A stretch of DNA of 64,000 nt, taken from the IMG/VR virus record IMGVR_UViG_3300029448_000009, positions 1 to 64,000 of that record; one strand, given 5' to 3'. Numbering within the stretch: the stretch's first letter is position 1; the number at the start of each line of letters is the position of its first letter. Under the pieces are notes generated by a model. The model was not told where the DNA came from and searched no databases. It saw nothing but the letters and a program-made list of their open reading frames with translations. Shown here in pieces: positions 36,765 to 47,314 of this stretch. The stretch comes from a virus. The position numbers were made by a program, and so were the translations under genes.

Positions 36765-37950
36765 AACAATGAGTAACTGCATAGAAATAAAAGATAGAGA
36801 ACAGAAAAAAGCACTGAATGCATGGGCTAAAGCTGGATTTAAAGGATCTGTAATTGCAGGTACTGGATTTGGTAAGTCCCGTGTAGGCGTGCTAGCTGTA
36901 GGTGAAACCTTAAGAAGGAATCAAGCAGCTAGAGGAATAGTATTAGTCCCAACCATACAATTGCAAGAACAGTTTGAAGATGAATTTAATAAATGGAAAT
37001 ATTCAGATGTGCTAGATCGCGTTGATATTGTTTGTTATCAGTCTGCATATAAACTACAAAATCAATTTTATAATATTGTAGTAGCAGATGAGATACACTT
37101 AGGTTTAAGTACAGAACACATTAAATTTTTTGAAAACAATACATGTGATAGATTATTATGTATGACTGCAACTCAACCTGAAGAATTAGAATACAAAGCA
37201 AAGTTAATGACTCTTGCTCCTGTAGCCTATGAATTAACATTGGATGAGTGTGTAGGGTTAGGATTAGTATCTCCTTATAAAATTTATTGTTTACCTGTTA
37301 CATTGACAGAGGAAGAGGCTAAAGATTATAAAAAAGCAAATAACATGTTTGTTCACTACAAATATAAGTTGGGACAATTTGATGCTTTTAACGAAGCCAA
37401 AAGAATTCTTGCTAGCAGTAATGCTGGTGGTCATGAAAAACAATGGGCTGTATTATTTTATAAAGCTATTAGACAGCGTAAAGCTATAGTAGATTTTGCG
37501 ATTAATAAAATTACTGCAATACAAAAGATAGTATTATCTAACTTAAAGAAAAGAGTATTAACATTTTCAGGTGCTAATGATTTTACAGATCAAATCTGTG
37601 AAGCGTTAGAACCTCTTGCATTAGCATATCATTCTAAAAAGACAAAAAAGCAAAAAGAAAACGCATTAACGTCTTTTAAGGATAAAAAAGTTAATGTATT
37701 GTGTTCAACTAAAGCACTTAATCAAGGTTTTGATGTGCCTGATGCAGACTATGGTATTATATCTGGACTAACAAGTAAATCATTAACTATGATCCAACGT
37801 GTGGGACGATTACTACGTTTTCAAGAAGAAAAAGTAGGTAAAATTGTTGTTCTTTATATAAAAGATACACAAGAAGAAAAGTGGTTAAAATCAGCAGTAA
37901 AAGGTTTAACTAATGTCAATTGGATTGACAAAATAAATGAAATAAATTAG
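36751..37950 (+). CDS. Superfamily 2 helicase (XPB/ResIII-like)
   Basis: GTGFGKS, DEIH, MTAT, LNQGFDVP and QRVGRLLR motifs. Confidence 0.9.
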   Translation: MKIIKTMSNCIEIKDREQKKALNAWAKAGFKGSVIAGTGFGKSRVGVLAVGETLRRNQAARGIVLVPTIQLQEQFEDEFNKWKYSDVLDRVDIVCYQSAYKLQNQFYNIVVADEIHLGLSTEHIKFFENNTCDRLLCMTATQPEELEYKAKLMTLAPVAYELTLDECVGLGLVSPYKIYCLPVTLTEEEAKDYKKANNMFVHYKYKLGQFDAFNEAKRILASSNAGGHEKQWAVLFYKAIRQRKAIVDFAINKITAIQKIVLSNLKKRVLTFSGANDFTDQICEALEPLALAYHSKKTKKQKENALTSFKDKKVNVLCSTKALNQGFDVPDADYGIISGLTSKSLTMIQRVGRLLRFQEEKVGKIVVLYIKDTQEEKWLKSAVKGLTNVNWIDKINEIN

Positions 37951-37951
37951 G

Positions 37952-38491
37952 ATGAAAATAGAAATTGACTTATCTTTACTTCAGGATATAGGCTTACGTC
38001 CTGACGATTATATATATCTTTATAGTATTTACAGAAAAGCATATTCGTATGCTGGTAAATTGCGTGTGTCACCCAGATTAGAAACTGATGGGTGGATTGT
38101 TTACGGTGAAGACGTTACTAAACACGTTATACAACAAAAATTTAGAGATCTATTCGTTAGTGATACAGATGCTATGTTTGCAGAATTATGTTCTGCATAC
38201 CCTTTTAAAGTAGAATCCCCTACACGTGGTGTAAGGGTTCTACACGCAAAGGATCCAAAGGCAGCTAGCAATAAAAAAGCTAGAAATAAATATAAAAAGA
38301 TTGTAAGTAATAAACCGCATTTGCATAGTCATGTTATGCATTGCTTAAAGATGCAGCTTTCTCACGAAGGTGACAACTTAGGTTACTTACAAAATTTTGA
38401 AACTTGGATAAATAATCATACGTGGGAAAAGTATGAAGATATGAACATAAAAGACATTAACGATGACAGAAGAATCACAAGACAGCTCTGA
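37952..38491 (+). CDS. Replication initiator / helicase-loader-like protein
   Basis: F.EL..AYP...YLQNFETWIN...WE motif; directly upstream of DnaB. Confidence 0.55.
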   Translation: MKIEIDLSLLQDIGLRPDDYIYLYSIYRKAYSYAGKLRVSPRLETDGWIVYGEDVTKHVIQQKFRDLFVSDTDAMFAELCSAYPFKVESPTRGVRVLHAKDPKAASNKKARNKYKKIVSNKPHLHSHVMHCLKMQLSHEGDNLGYLQNFETWINNHTWEKYEDMNIKDINDDRRITRQL

Positions 38492-39407
38492 ATTATTCAA
38501 AGGCAGAGGTTTTCAAAGAATAGATAAGGCAGTTAATCAATCACTAAGCATTGTAAAAAATGCTATGAATGGTAAGCGTAATGTATATCCTACCAAGTGG
38601 CCAAGACTTAATAAGAATTTATTAGGTGGTTTACAGGGTGGAAAAATGTATGTTATTGCAGGTCGTCCTGGTGTTGGTAAATCTGCATTTAGTAATCAAT
38701 TAGTATTTGATTTATTAGATGCAAATACAAACAAAGATATGGTAGTGTTGTATTGGAGTTTTGAGATGCCAGGTTATCAACAAGTTATGCGTAGTGCGTC
38801 TAAAAGTGTGAACAAGCAATTAGGCGATCTTTTGTCTGTAGAAGCAAGATTAAAAGACGAAGAGTTTAAAGATTATGCTGACTCTGTGCAGAAATTTAAT
38901 AAGTATCCTGTTTTCTTTAATAATATTCCTAGAACTATGGATTTTATTAAAGCAACAAATGAACAGGTGTTTATGAAGTCTCCTAATGCACGAGTAGTTA
39001 ATGTATTTGACCACTCTAGATTAATAAAAGGCCAAAATGAACATTCAGAACTACAAAAACTAAATGAAATATCTAAAGGTTGCATGTGGATGCAGTCTAA
39101 AATGGAGGTTATTAACATATTATTATCACAACTAAACAGAAATATAGAACAAGAGCATAGAGCTAAAAATCAATACCAGCCACTCTTGACAGATCTATTT
39201 GGTGGTGACAGCATTGGTCAAGATGCCCATGTTGTAATGATATTAAATAGGCCATTTGATATTTATGGTATAACAAAAACATACTGTAATGAGGAACCAC
39301 AAGGGTTATTAGCATGTCATATAGAAAAGAACCGTGATGGTTTACTTGGTATGATACCTTATGAAGCAGATATGTCAACATTTACAATTAAAGAACGCAA
39401 AAAATAA
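38463..39407 (+). CDS. dnaB: DnaB-like replicative helicase (ATPase domain only)
   Basis: AGRPGVGKS, SFEM, LSQLNR, GQDAHVV and KNRDG motifs. Confidence 0.9.
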   Translation: MTEESQDSSELFKGRGFQRIDKAVNQSLSIVKNAMNGKRNVYPTKWPRLNKNLLGGLQGGKMYVIAGRPGVGKSAFSNQLVFDLLDANTNKDMVVLYWSFEMPGYQQVMRSASKSVNKQLGDLLSVEARLKDEEFKDYADSVQKFNKYPVFFNNIPRTMDFIKATNEQVFMKSPNARVVNVFDHSRLIKGQNEHSELQKLNEISKGCMWMQSKMEVINILLSQLNRNIEQEHRAKNQYQPLLTDLFGGDSIGQDAHVVMILNRPFDIYGITKTYCNEEPQGLLACHIEKNRDGLLGMIPYEADMSTFTIKERKK

Positions 39408-39414
39408 TATATAT

Positions 39415-40113
39415 ATGGAATTACCTAAAAACAAGGTTGGTGCTTTACGTAAGTCACCTAAGAACATGGTCATTTATGGCCCGCCTAAAATAGGCAAAAC
39501 AACTGCATTAAGCAAGTTGGAAGATTGTTTAATTATTGATTTAGAAGAAGGATCAGATATGATAGAAGCTTTAAAATTAAAAGCTAATAATCTAGGAGAT
39601 CTTGCTGAAATTGGTAAGAAAATAATGCAAAACAAAAAACCATACAGGTATGTAGCTATAGATACAGTTACAAAACTTGAGGAATGGTGTGAAATAGAAG
39701 GCAAGAAAATCTATCAACTTACCCCTATGGGTAAAAACTTTGATAAAGATCAGAAAGGCATTTCAGTTTTATCTCTTCCTAATGGTGCTGGCTATCTATA
39801 CTTAAGAATAGCATTCAAAAGATGGATAGAAAGGTTAAACAAATTAGCAGATCACGTGATATTAGTTGGTCATCTCAAAGATAAGATGTTAGATAAGAAA
39901 GGAAAAGAAGTTTCTTCTAAAGATCTTGACTTAACAGGGAAGATTAAACAAATAACATGCGCTAACGCTGATGCTATTGGTTATATTTATAGAGAAGGTG
40001 ATACTACTATGGTATCATTTAATTCTATGGATGATATAACTGCAGGATCGCGGTGTGATCATCTCAAGGGCCAAGAAATGGAACTTGATTGGAGTAAAAT
40101 ATTTATTGATTAA
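39415..40113 (+). CDS. AAA_24 / Sak4-like ATPase
   Basis: YGPPKIGKT, IDLEEGS and IDTVT motifs; start reassigned to MELPK. Confidence 0.8.
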   Translation: MELPKNKVGALRKSPKNMVIYGPPKIGKTTALSKLEDCLIIDLEEGSDMIEALKLKANNLGDLAEIGKKIMQNKKPYRYVAIDTVTKLEEWCEIEGKKIYQLTPMGKNFDKDQKGISVLSLPNGAGYLYLRIAFKRWIERLNKLADHVILVGHLKDKMLDKKGKEVSSKDLDLTGKIKQITCANADAIGYIYREGDTTMVSFNSMDDITAGSRCDHLKGQEMELDWSKIFID

Positions 40114-40130
40114 TTTAAAACACATTTAAA

Positions 40131-40559
40131 ATGGTAGAAACGAGAATAAACCCAACAACGGGAACTACTGAACAGGTGCAAAGCACAACTCCTGAAGTTA
40201 TTACTACATCAATGATCATAACAGATCTAGAAAATGGTATTGACAGAACAGGTATTAAAGCTAAATACAGTTTAGAAGCATGGGAAGTTAAACAAATGTT
40301 TGATCACCCTGTACTAAAAGGTAAGAAAGCTAAACGAGTTAAAAAATTATCTTTTAGTTTTGTAGACGACACAGTTAATACTGATGTATTACCTGGACAA
40401 ACTAACTTAGTAGATCAAATAGCTGAAGAAGATGCAGAAAATTTAGAAGCTATTAATGATGCTAAAACAGAAGAAGAAGTCTTTTACAAAGAAGAAGATA
40501 AGCACAATGAGACATTAGAATCTCGTGCAGACGATTGGGCTAATGAACACAAATATTAA
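40131..40559 (+). CDS. Hypothetical protein
   Basis: HPVLKGKK motif and acidic tail. Confidence 0.55.
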   Translation: MVETRINPTTGTTEQVQSTTPEVITTSMIITDLENGIDRTGIKAKYSLEAWEVKQMFDHPVLKGKKAKRVKKLSFSFVDDTVNTDVLPGQTNLVDQIAEEDAENLEAINDAKTEEEVFYKEEDKHNETLESRADDWANEHKY

Positions 40560-40576
40560 TATTAAAAATTTATAAA

Positions 40577-41344
40577 ATGGCTATAACAAGCAACAATTCA
40601 GATCAAGAGGTCATGGGTAGCATTAAAAGTTATTCAGGACTTTCAAATTTTAATGTAGTAGCAGTAAATCCTACAATGCAGGAACTACACGCTATGGACA
40701 TTAAAGTAAAACAAGAACCAAATTATTTCTTAGAACTAAATGGTGAAGACTATTTCAAAGTTGTATTTTGGGTTAAGAACGAAGATCTAACTACTAGAAT
40801 GGAGGTCTTAATGCAAAATAAAACAAGAACTAGTAAAACTGGTAAATTTCAATGGTTAAACTCTGTAGGTCAATCTACATGGTCAGAAGGTAATCCTTCT
40901 TATGACTGGTGGCAAAAACCTGAGACATCAAGAAAAGCTTTTACTGGTGAGGAAACTTTAATTAATTTTGTTAAAGCATGGGCTAATGTAGCACCAGGTG
41001 GAGACGTATACTTTGAAACTATTGATAAAATAGTGCAAGGGAATGTAACAGAGTTAAAAGAACTAGTAAAAATACTAGCAGGAAACCAGGTTCGATTATT
41101 AGTAGGGGTAAAAGATGGTAAATATCAACAAGTTTATACTAAGATATTTGGCAGAATTAAACCACAAAGAGATGATTTATTTGTTAAATCATTAAACGAT
41201 GAGTACGGATCATTTAACGCAGAGTTTGCTACTGACCTTAAATGGGGTGAGTTTAAACCTGAGTTAGCTGTTGTATCTCCTGACCCTAGTGGTGCAGAAG
41301 ATCTTCCATTCTCTTCTGGTGATGAAGACAAAGATTGGGTATAA
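40577..41344 (+). CDS. Putative single-stranded DNA-binding protein (crAss-like)
   Basis: VVAVNPT start motif, C-terminal EDLPF, located between ATPase and primase. Confidence 0.6.
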   Translation: MAITSNNSDQEVMGSIKSYSGLSNFNVVAVNPTMQELHAMDIKVKQEPNYFLELNGEDYFKVVFWVKNEDLTTRMEVLMQNKTRTSKTGKFQWLNSVGQSTWSEGNPSYDWWQKPETSRKAFTGEETLINFVKAWANVAPGGDVYFETIDKIVQGNVTELKELVKILAGNQVRLLVGVKDGKYQQVYTKIFGRIKPQRDDLFVKSLNDEYGSFNAEFATDLKWGEFKPELAVVSPDPSGAEDLPFSSGDEDKDWV

Positions 41345-41353
41345 TCTTTAAAT

Positions 41354-41435
41354 AACTATACAGGTGAGGTTGTAATATTATATTAACTCTCCGGTTATAC
41401 TTTGTGAACTTATTACGTTCCTCACTTGTATAGTT
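41354..41435 (+). other. Long-stem inverted repeat (possible RNA processing site or terminator)
   Basis: AACTATACAGGTGAGG ... CCTCACTTGTATAGTT. Confidence 0.6.
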
Positions 41436-41456
41436 TTATTTTTAACACACATTGAT

Positions 41457-42422
41457 ATGATAACATCAAGACCAAGTAATGATATATTACACACAGACAC
41501 AATATTAGAAAAAATAACAGAGTTTGACATATTTAAATACTACTGTTCTGTATTTATAGAACTTAATAAGAAATTTTGCAGCGAGTTGAGAGAGGATAGA
41601 AAACCTTCAGCATCTGTAGTTAATTATAACGGTAATCTATTATACAAAGATTTTGGACATCCTGAGCATACATTTAATTGTTTTGGATATGTTCAGTTTA
41701 AATATGGAGTAACATTTACTGAAGCTTTAATTCAAATTAGCAATGATTTTAATTTAAAACTAGTAAGTTCAAATGGAGTAGTGCGGTCCAAGGTTCCTAC
41801 ACTTTATGGTAATCAACATGTTGACAAGAAAGTCACTATTATTAAAATAAAGAGTAGAAATTGGAATTTTTCAGATGCACGATTTTGGAAACCTTTTGGT
41901 ATAAGTAAGAAAATTTTAACTATCTTTGCAGTTAAGCCTATCTCATACTATTGGATAAATGAAAATAGATTCAAAGCTAAAACTCCTACTTATGCTTTTA
42001 GGTTTAACAATAAATTTAAAATTTACGCTCCTTATGAAACAAACAATAAATGGTTTAGTAACACTAATAAAAACATCGTTCAAGGCTATGATCAACTTCC
42101 TGATAAAGGTAATGTCTTATATATTACATCTTCCCTCAAAGATGTTATGTGTTTGCACGCAATGCGATTGCGTGGGATTGCTCTGCAGTCAGAAATGCAA
42201 CTCCCCAGCAAGTTGCAAATGCAATTGCTGCAAGAAAGATTCAAAAAAATAGTTATTTTTTACGACAATGATACTCCTGGACAGTCTATGGCTGCTAAAA
42301 TATGCAGTGAGTATAATTTAGATAATCTTTACATTCCAAATGATTGGGGTGCTAAAGATGTATCTGATGCTGTTGCTTTACACGGGTTTGATAAAGCAAA
42401 ACAATTTATATATGAGATTTAA
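41457..42422 (+). CDS. DnaG-family (TOPRIM) primase, crAss type
   Basis: S.LREDRKPS, YKDFG, ITSSLKDVM, FYDND..G and KDVSD motifs. Confidence 0.85.
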   Translation: MITSRPSNDILHTDTILEKITEFDIFKYYCSVFIELNKKFCSELREDRKPSASVVNYNGNLLYKDFGHPEHTFNCFGYVQFKYGVTFTEALIQISNDFNLKLVSSNGVVRSKVPTLYGNQHVDKKVTIIKIKSRNWNFSDARFWKPFGISKKILTIFAVKPISYYWINENRFKAKTPTYAFRFNNKFKIYAPYETNNKWFSNTNKNIVQGYDQLPDKGNVLYITSSLKDVMCLHAMRLRGIALQSEMQLPSKLQMQLLQERFKKIVIFYDNDTPGQSMAAKICSEYNLDNLYIPNDWGAKDVSDAVALHGFDKAKQFIYEI

Positions 42423-42861
42423 AAGAAGAAAAGGAAAAGCAAAGATAAGATCTAAACCTACTGAAATAGATGGTATAAAATTTAGATCTAAATTAGAAGC
42501 ATTTACTTATAAAAAACTAAAAGAAAACAAAATTAAACACGAATACGAAAGTGAAAAGTTTGTTTTGCATGAGGGTTTTTATTTTACTTCTGATTCTTAT
42601 GAACAATCAACAACAGGTTATAGAAATAGAGGAGCAGAGAAAGTTAGAGCAATTACATATTTGCCAGACTTTTTATCTCCAGCTATTAACCATAAACGCA
42701 AATGGATAATTGAATGCAAAGGTTTTGCTAATGACAGATTCCCTATGAAATGGAAAATGTTTAAAAAATATTTACACGATAACAATCCTAACTGTGTCTT
42801 ATTTGTACCTAAAAATCAAAAACAGGTACTAGAAACAATAGAAATAATTAAAAATTTATGA
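42412..42861 (+). CDS. PD-(D/E)xK endonuclease (DUF1064 / endonuclease I-like)
   Basis: DGIKFRSKLE, YLPDF and IIECKG motifs; start reassigned to MRFK. Confidence 0.8.
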   Translation: MRFKRRKGKAKIRSKPTEIDGIKFRSKLEAFTYKKLKENKIKHEYESEKFVLHEGFYFTSDSYEQSTTGYRNRGAEKVRAITYLPDFLSPAINHKRKWIIECKGFANDRFPMKWKMFKKYLHDNNPNCVLFVPKNQKQVLETIEIIKNL

Positions 42862-42862
42862 C

Positions 42863-43210
42863 ATGAATCAAATGGAGAATGTAACTCCAATCCATAAATG
42901 GGTTGATGAGTTACAGCCAGGCGATTTAATTAGAGTGTCTTACGGATCAGGTTCTCATTATACAGGACTGTTTAGAGATCGTAGGTTAAAAACTAATGGG
43001 GCTATATTATATTATTATGATATGCCTGGCCCTATGGTTACAAACTCTGATAAAGATTGCTGGTATCAAAAAAGGCTAGAGGAAAAACTTCCTGCAGTCT
43101 CGTATATCTACGGATATATGTATAAAGATAGGATACATCCTGCACAAGAATGGATGTTAACTAAAATTCAAAAAGAGTATTATAACAAATTAAAAGAATT
43201 TATAAGATGA
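42863..43210 (+). CDS. Hypothetical protein
   Basis: LQPGDLIRV SH3/KOW-like start. Confidence 0.55.
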   Translation: MNQMENVTPIHKWVDELQPGDLIRVSYGSGSHYTGLFRDRRLKTNGAILYYYDMPGPMVTNSDKDCWYQKRLEEKLPAVSYIYGYMYKDRIHPAQEWMLTKIQKEYYNKLKEFIR

Positions 43211-46041
43211 GTATTAAAACAATTGATCGAGACATCCAAAGTGGACAAGAGGGTGTCAAGAAGAAAATCAACAAAGGTGCTGAAAAGCTAGTCTTTGACA
43301 TTCTTCAAGCGTCTCAGTACTCCCAGCCAATTCCATCAACAGTTAGAGAGTTAACTACAAATGCATGTGACTCTCAACGTGAGAAGGAAATGGCCATAGA
43401 GATACTAAGAGGTACAAAGAAAGCAGAAGACTACTATATTCAGCGAGAAGGAGAAGCTTACACAGATAGTAACTTTGATCTTTCATATTATAATTTGTCA
43501 CATTTAAATACAGGATCAAAAACAGTTCACCTTAAATACAAAGAAAATGAAGGTACAGGTTTTTGTGATAAGTTTAGTGTTACAGATTTTGGTGTGGGTA
43601 TAGGAGATAGAAGGTTAGAAGGGGTTCTAGAACTAGGTTATTCTACGAAAAGAAATACTAGTGAGAACTTTGGCGCATTTGGTTTGGGTGCAAAAGTCGC
43701 ACTCTCAACAGGCGTTGATTTCTATACTATAGAAACTGCACATAATGGTAAAAGGTTTAAATGTAATTGTTACAATTATAAAACAGATTTTATTATACCT
43801 AAGTTTAATTTAACAACTGGTAAAGAAAATCCATTTGTAACATTTTCAGATGGAACTAAAGTTTATTATGAACCAACGGATAGTGCAAACTTTACTACAA
43901 TAAGTTTTGGTGTAAAAAGACATAATAGATCTAGATTTAGAGATGCTGTAGAAGAACAGTTACTATATATAGACAATGTTGTGTTTGAAATAGAGGACCA
44001 AGAGGGTGATATAGAAAACGTAAATTTTCATGCTGAAGTATTACATAATTCTAAGAATCTTATTATTTCTGATAGTTATGTATTTAGTAGACCGCATATT
44101 ATGATTGTAAAAGATGAAAATGCTTCTACAGGTATTAATTATGGTCATATTAACTTTAGAGAACTAGAAATGGAGGGCCTTTATGGTGCTGTTGCATTTA
44201 AATGTCCTATGAGACAAGTAATGAGAGATCCAGACACTGGTGAAGAAATTGTTCTTCAAGAAGGTGTGGACGTTACTCCGTCTCGTGAGAAAGTTATATG
44301 GAACGAGTCTACTAAAGACTATGTACAAAATTTAATTAAGCAAGCTGCTTTTGAGGCTACTGAATTGGTTCAAGATAAGCTTGATGAAAGTGATTTTGTT
44401 AAATGGATTTACAAATGTAAAAATGTAATGCATCATAGTAAGTTTGATACGGACGACACAAAAGATTTAGTTCTTAGTAAAATGGCTAATATTATTGACA
44501 AAGATATGTTGTCTCCATACTTTCCTGGTAATAAAGATATCAAGTTTGGTACTCTTCAAAAAGTGTTTGGTAAAAAAACCAACATTAAGAAGATTACTAT
44601 AGAAAGAGATTGGAATACCAAGAAAGAAACTGTTAAAAGACAAGATCTTGAGTCTTGGGAACAGTTTGGTTATAACAGTAATAAAATCTATATCAAAGGA
44701 TTAGAAACTCAATTTCATTGGCATGCTGATTCTTATGTACTAAAACAATTGTCAACTGGTGATACTTTGTATGTTGTTACTGAAACAGATGGTACAGATA
44801 CTGAACGTATTGCTGCTATAGGTAACATTGCCGATGACAATGAACGTGCAAGGCAAATGAAGTTTTATCAAAAAGATAAAAAACGTGTTCAAGATGCTAT
44901 GGCGGAACTTAGAAATTCAGAAGCTATTTCATATTATGAAGATATTGAGGTAGACGAAGAGTGGTTGGCTGAATATAAGAAAACAGCTAAGCAAAGAGAA
45001 GAAGTTGCGGCAATGTCTTATATGAGTCCAGAAGAGCGACGTAAGATACAAGAACGTATGGTAGCATATACTTTACGTGAATGTATTAAATACAAAAACT
45101 CTTCTACTGCTAGCCCAACAGGCTATATATGGGATAAGGTAGAGCCTAGAACGTCTGATCTTATGAATACAGAAACTGTTACATATTATGGCACTAAAGA
45201 AGATGAAGATGCTTTAATATTAGCAGCTAATATTCTTAAGCGTCAGAATCCTACGCACAATGAAGTATGGCCAAACAGGCGTAATCAATATGATGAGCAA
45301 GATGGTAGACCTGTTTATTTTTGGGAATATCCTCCTACTAGAAGTTACTCTGGTGATGAGCCTCAAGAAGGCTATTTGGATAAACCAAACTTAGAATGGG
45401 ATAGACCACAGCTTATTAGAGTTAACTCTAAAGTAGCTAAACACATGGCAACTAATCCTAATTGTAGGCATATTGATGAGTTCTTTTACACGGCTACTGA
45501 TACTAATCATTTTAGTGTAGATCCTGCTATTGTTAAATGGTATACAGGTTATTGCATGAGACTTGAAAATGACAAGTTTATGGGTAATATGAAAGCTATT
45601 AACAAAGAGATGTATGAAAACTATGAAGAAATTCAAGAGTATATTTCATCTACAACAGGATTTCACTCAATAAAAAACTACTTGGAGAAACCTCAGATGA
45701 AGATGTTTAAGAAAATGATAGAATTTAATGCATTTCTTGACTCTCTTAATCAAGATGATCCAAATGCTGTTAAAACTAAAGCTAGAGAACTTTTTGTATT
45801 TACAGACGTAACATGTAACAATGTTGTAGACAAAGATGTAATTATAGCTTTTGAGGATTTGCTATTGTATTTAGAACCTATTGCTTTATTTTTAAATTCT
45901 ATTGACGATATACAGAATAAAATAGAAAATAATGATACAGGTAATGAATACTCTAAACAGCTTAACGAGTATCTCAAATTTAAACAAAGATTGGGTTGGA
46001 AACCACCCATCAATTTATTAACTTTAAACAAAAATAATTAA
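43207..46041 (+). CDS. rIIA-like protein (GHKL/HATPase N-terminal domain)
   Basis: RELTTNACDS, DFGVG, STKR, GAFGLGAK and VTPSRE motifs. Confidence 0.8.
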   Translation: MSIKTIDRDIQSGQEGVKKKINKGAEKLVFDILQASQYSQPIPSTVRELTTNACDSQREKEMAIEILRGTKKAEDYYIQREGEAYTDSNFDLSYYNLSHLNTGSKTVHLKYKENEGTGFCDKFSVTDFGVGIGDRRLEGVLELGYSTKRNTSENFGAFGLGAKVALSTGVDFYTIETAHNGKRFKCNCYNYKTDFIIPKFNLTTGKENPFVTFSDGTKVYYEPTDSANFTTISFGVKRHNRSRFRDAVEEQLLYIDNVVFEIEDQEGDIENVNFHAEVLHNSKNLIISDSYVFSRPHIMIVKDENASTGINYGHINFRELEMEGLYGAVAFKCPMRQVMRDPDTGEEIVLQEGVDVTPSREKVIWNESTKDYVQNLIKQAAFEATELVQDKLDESDFVKWIYKCKNVMHHSKFDTDDTKDLVLSKMANIIDKDMLSPYFPGNKDIKFGTLQKVFGKKTNIKKITIERDWNTKKETVKRQDLESWEQFGYNSNKIYIKGLETQFHWHADSYVLKQLSTGDTLYVVTETDGTDTERIAAIGNIADDNERARQMKFYQKDKKRVQDAMAELRNSEAISYYEDIEVDEEWLAEYKKTAKQREEVAAMSYMSPEERRKIQERMVAYTLRECIKYKNSSTASPTGYIWDKVEPRTSDLMNTETVTYYGTKEDEDALILAANILKRQNPTHNEVWPNRRNQYDEQDGRPVYFWEYPPTRSYSGDEPQEGYLDKPNLEWDRPQLIRVNSKVAKHMATNPNCRHIDEFFYTATDTNHFSVDPAIVKWYTGYCMRLENDKFMGNMKAINKEMYENYEEIQEYISSTTGFHSIKNYLEKPQMKMFKKMIEFNAFLDSLNQDDPNAVKTKARELFVFTDVTCNNVVDKDVIIAFEDLLLYLEPIALFLNSIDDIQNKIENNDTGNEYSKQLNEYLKFKQRLGWKPPINLLTLNKNN

Positions 46042-46043
46042 TT

Positions 46044-47222
46044 ATGATTTCAATAAATGTTATCGATGACAAGATCTCAGGATCTTATGGTGACAAGACA
46101 TTTTGTATAGACTTTAACAAAGAAGTCTATACAAAAATGTTGGAATTAGCAGAAAAAGCTAATACCGCAGTCACAATGGAGGACTACAAAGCTGTGTTAA
46201 AGCAGTTTGAACCTCTTACAGTTCAAGATTATACTAAAACTGTTCAAGATAAGTGTGAATTTATTCATGTAAATAAAAGTACAGGTGAATTCTTCTTACA
46301 ACACAACAATGTAGTATCGTCTATACCTATGCCTGAAGCATTGGTAGAAAGAATCTATGAGTCTATGGACAAAGGATTAGATTTTATGCCACTAGTTAAA
46401 ATGTGGACTAGATGGTTAAGAAACCCTGTTCTTCGTACTAAAATGAAGAAAGGATGGGGCAAAGAATTTTGTGAAAGATTCTTTAGTTACATTAATCTTA
46501 AATATGTTCACCCGGTTCTTAAGAAAGAGCTAATGGAAGAGCACGGTTTAAGTGAAGAAGTTGCAGAAAGAAGAGCTACTATGTATCAAATGAAAATAAC
46601 CAAAGAAGGTTTACTAAATGGTTACAAAGTATCTACTGAGATTCTAACTAAATTTAAACAAGATGAAGACGGTGAAGTTCAAGAAGTACCAAGGTACAAA
46701 AGAACATTTAACGTTGACACTGGTGAAATTGAGTCAGAAGGATTACCAGAACATGTAGAAGACAGATTGTTTCAGCCTGCTATTATGGGCTCAAGCGGTG
46801 ATGCTTTTTACTGTGAAGGTAGTAATGGTTATGCTAACCCACAACACTTTATAAAAGTTGGTTGTACTCATAGATTACCTGATTGGAGCTATGTTAACAC
46901 TAATGATCGTATATCATGTGTTAAAGGTCTTCATTTTGGTGGTCTAGAATACATTAACTGTATAGGTGGTGAGATACATAACATTTTTGTAGATCCAATG
47001 CATATTGGTGCAGTACCTGATGACGAAACAGGTGCAGCTAGATGTCTTCAATATTTTGTACACTCTTCTTTAGCAGGTGTAAATGGTTCTATATATCATA
47101 GTTCTACTTATGCAGCTAAAACTGATGAGCAGTGGGCAGAAATGCGCGCTAAGATTGTAGAAGAATACGACGCTTCTACTATAGAGAGTGGTAAAGAGGT
47201 TGGTGAGTTAACTAACCTTTAA
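46044..47222 (+). CDS. rIIB-like protein
   Basis: W.RNP, IT.EG...YK, C..GLH.G and VDP.HI..VP.D...RC..Y motifs; follows rIIA. Confidence 0.8.
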   Translation: MISINVIDDKISGSYGDKTFCIDFNKEVYTKMLELAEKANTAVTMEDYKAVLKQFEPLTVQDYTKTVQDKCEFIHVNKSTGEFFLQHNNVVSSIPMPEALVERIYESMDKGLDFMPLVKMWTRWLRNPVLRTKMKKGWGKEFCERFFSYINLKYVHPVLKKELMEEHGLSEEVAERRATMYQMKITKEGLLNGYKVSTEILTKFKQDEDGEVQEVPRYKRTFNVDTGEIESEGLPEHVEDRLFQPAIMGSSGDAFYCEGSNGYANPQHFIKVGCTHRLPDWSYVNTNDRISCVKGLHFGGLEYINCIGGEIHNIFVDPMHIGAVPDDETGAARCLQYFVHSSLAGVNGSIYHSSTYAAKTDEQWAEMRAKIVEEYDASTIESGKEVGELTNL

Positions 47223-47230
47223 ATATTAAT

Positions 47231-47301
47231 ATAATAGAGTATATACTTAGACTGTTTAAAAATTAAGGTCTTTTCCGCAGTGTAAGTATATACTTTATTA
47301 T
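47231..47301 (+). other. Long-stem inverted repeat (possible RNA processing site)
   Basis: ATAATAGAGTATATACTTAGACTG ... CAGTGTAAGTATATACTTTATTAT. Confidence 0.6.
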
Positions 47302-47314
47302 TAAATTTAAAGAT

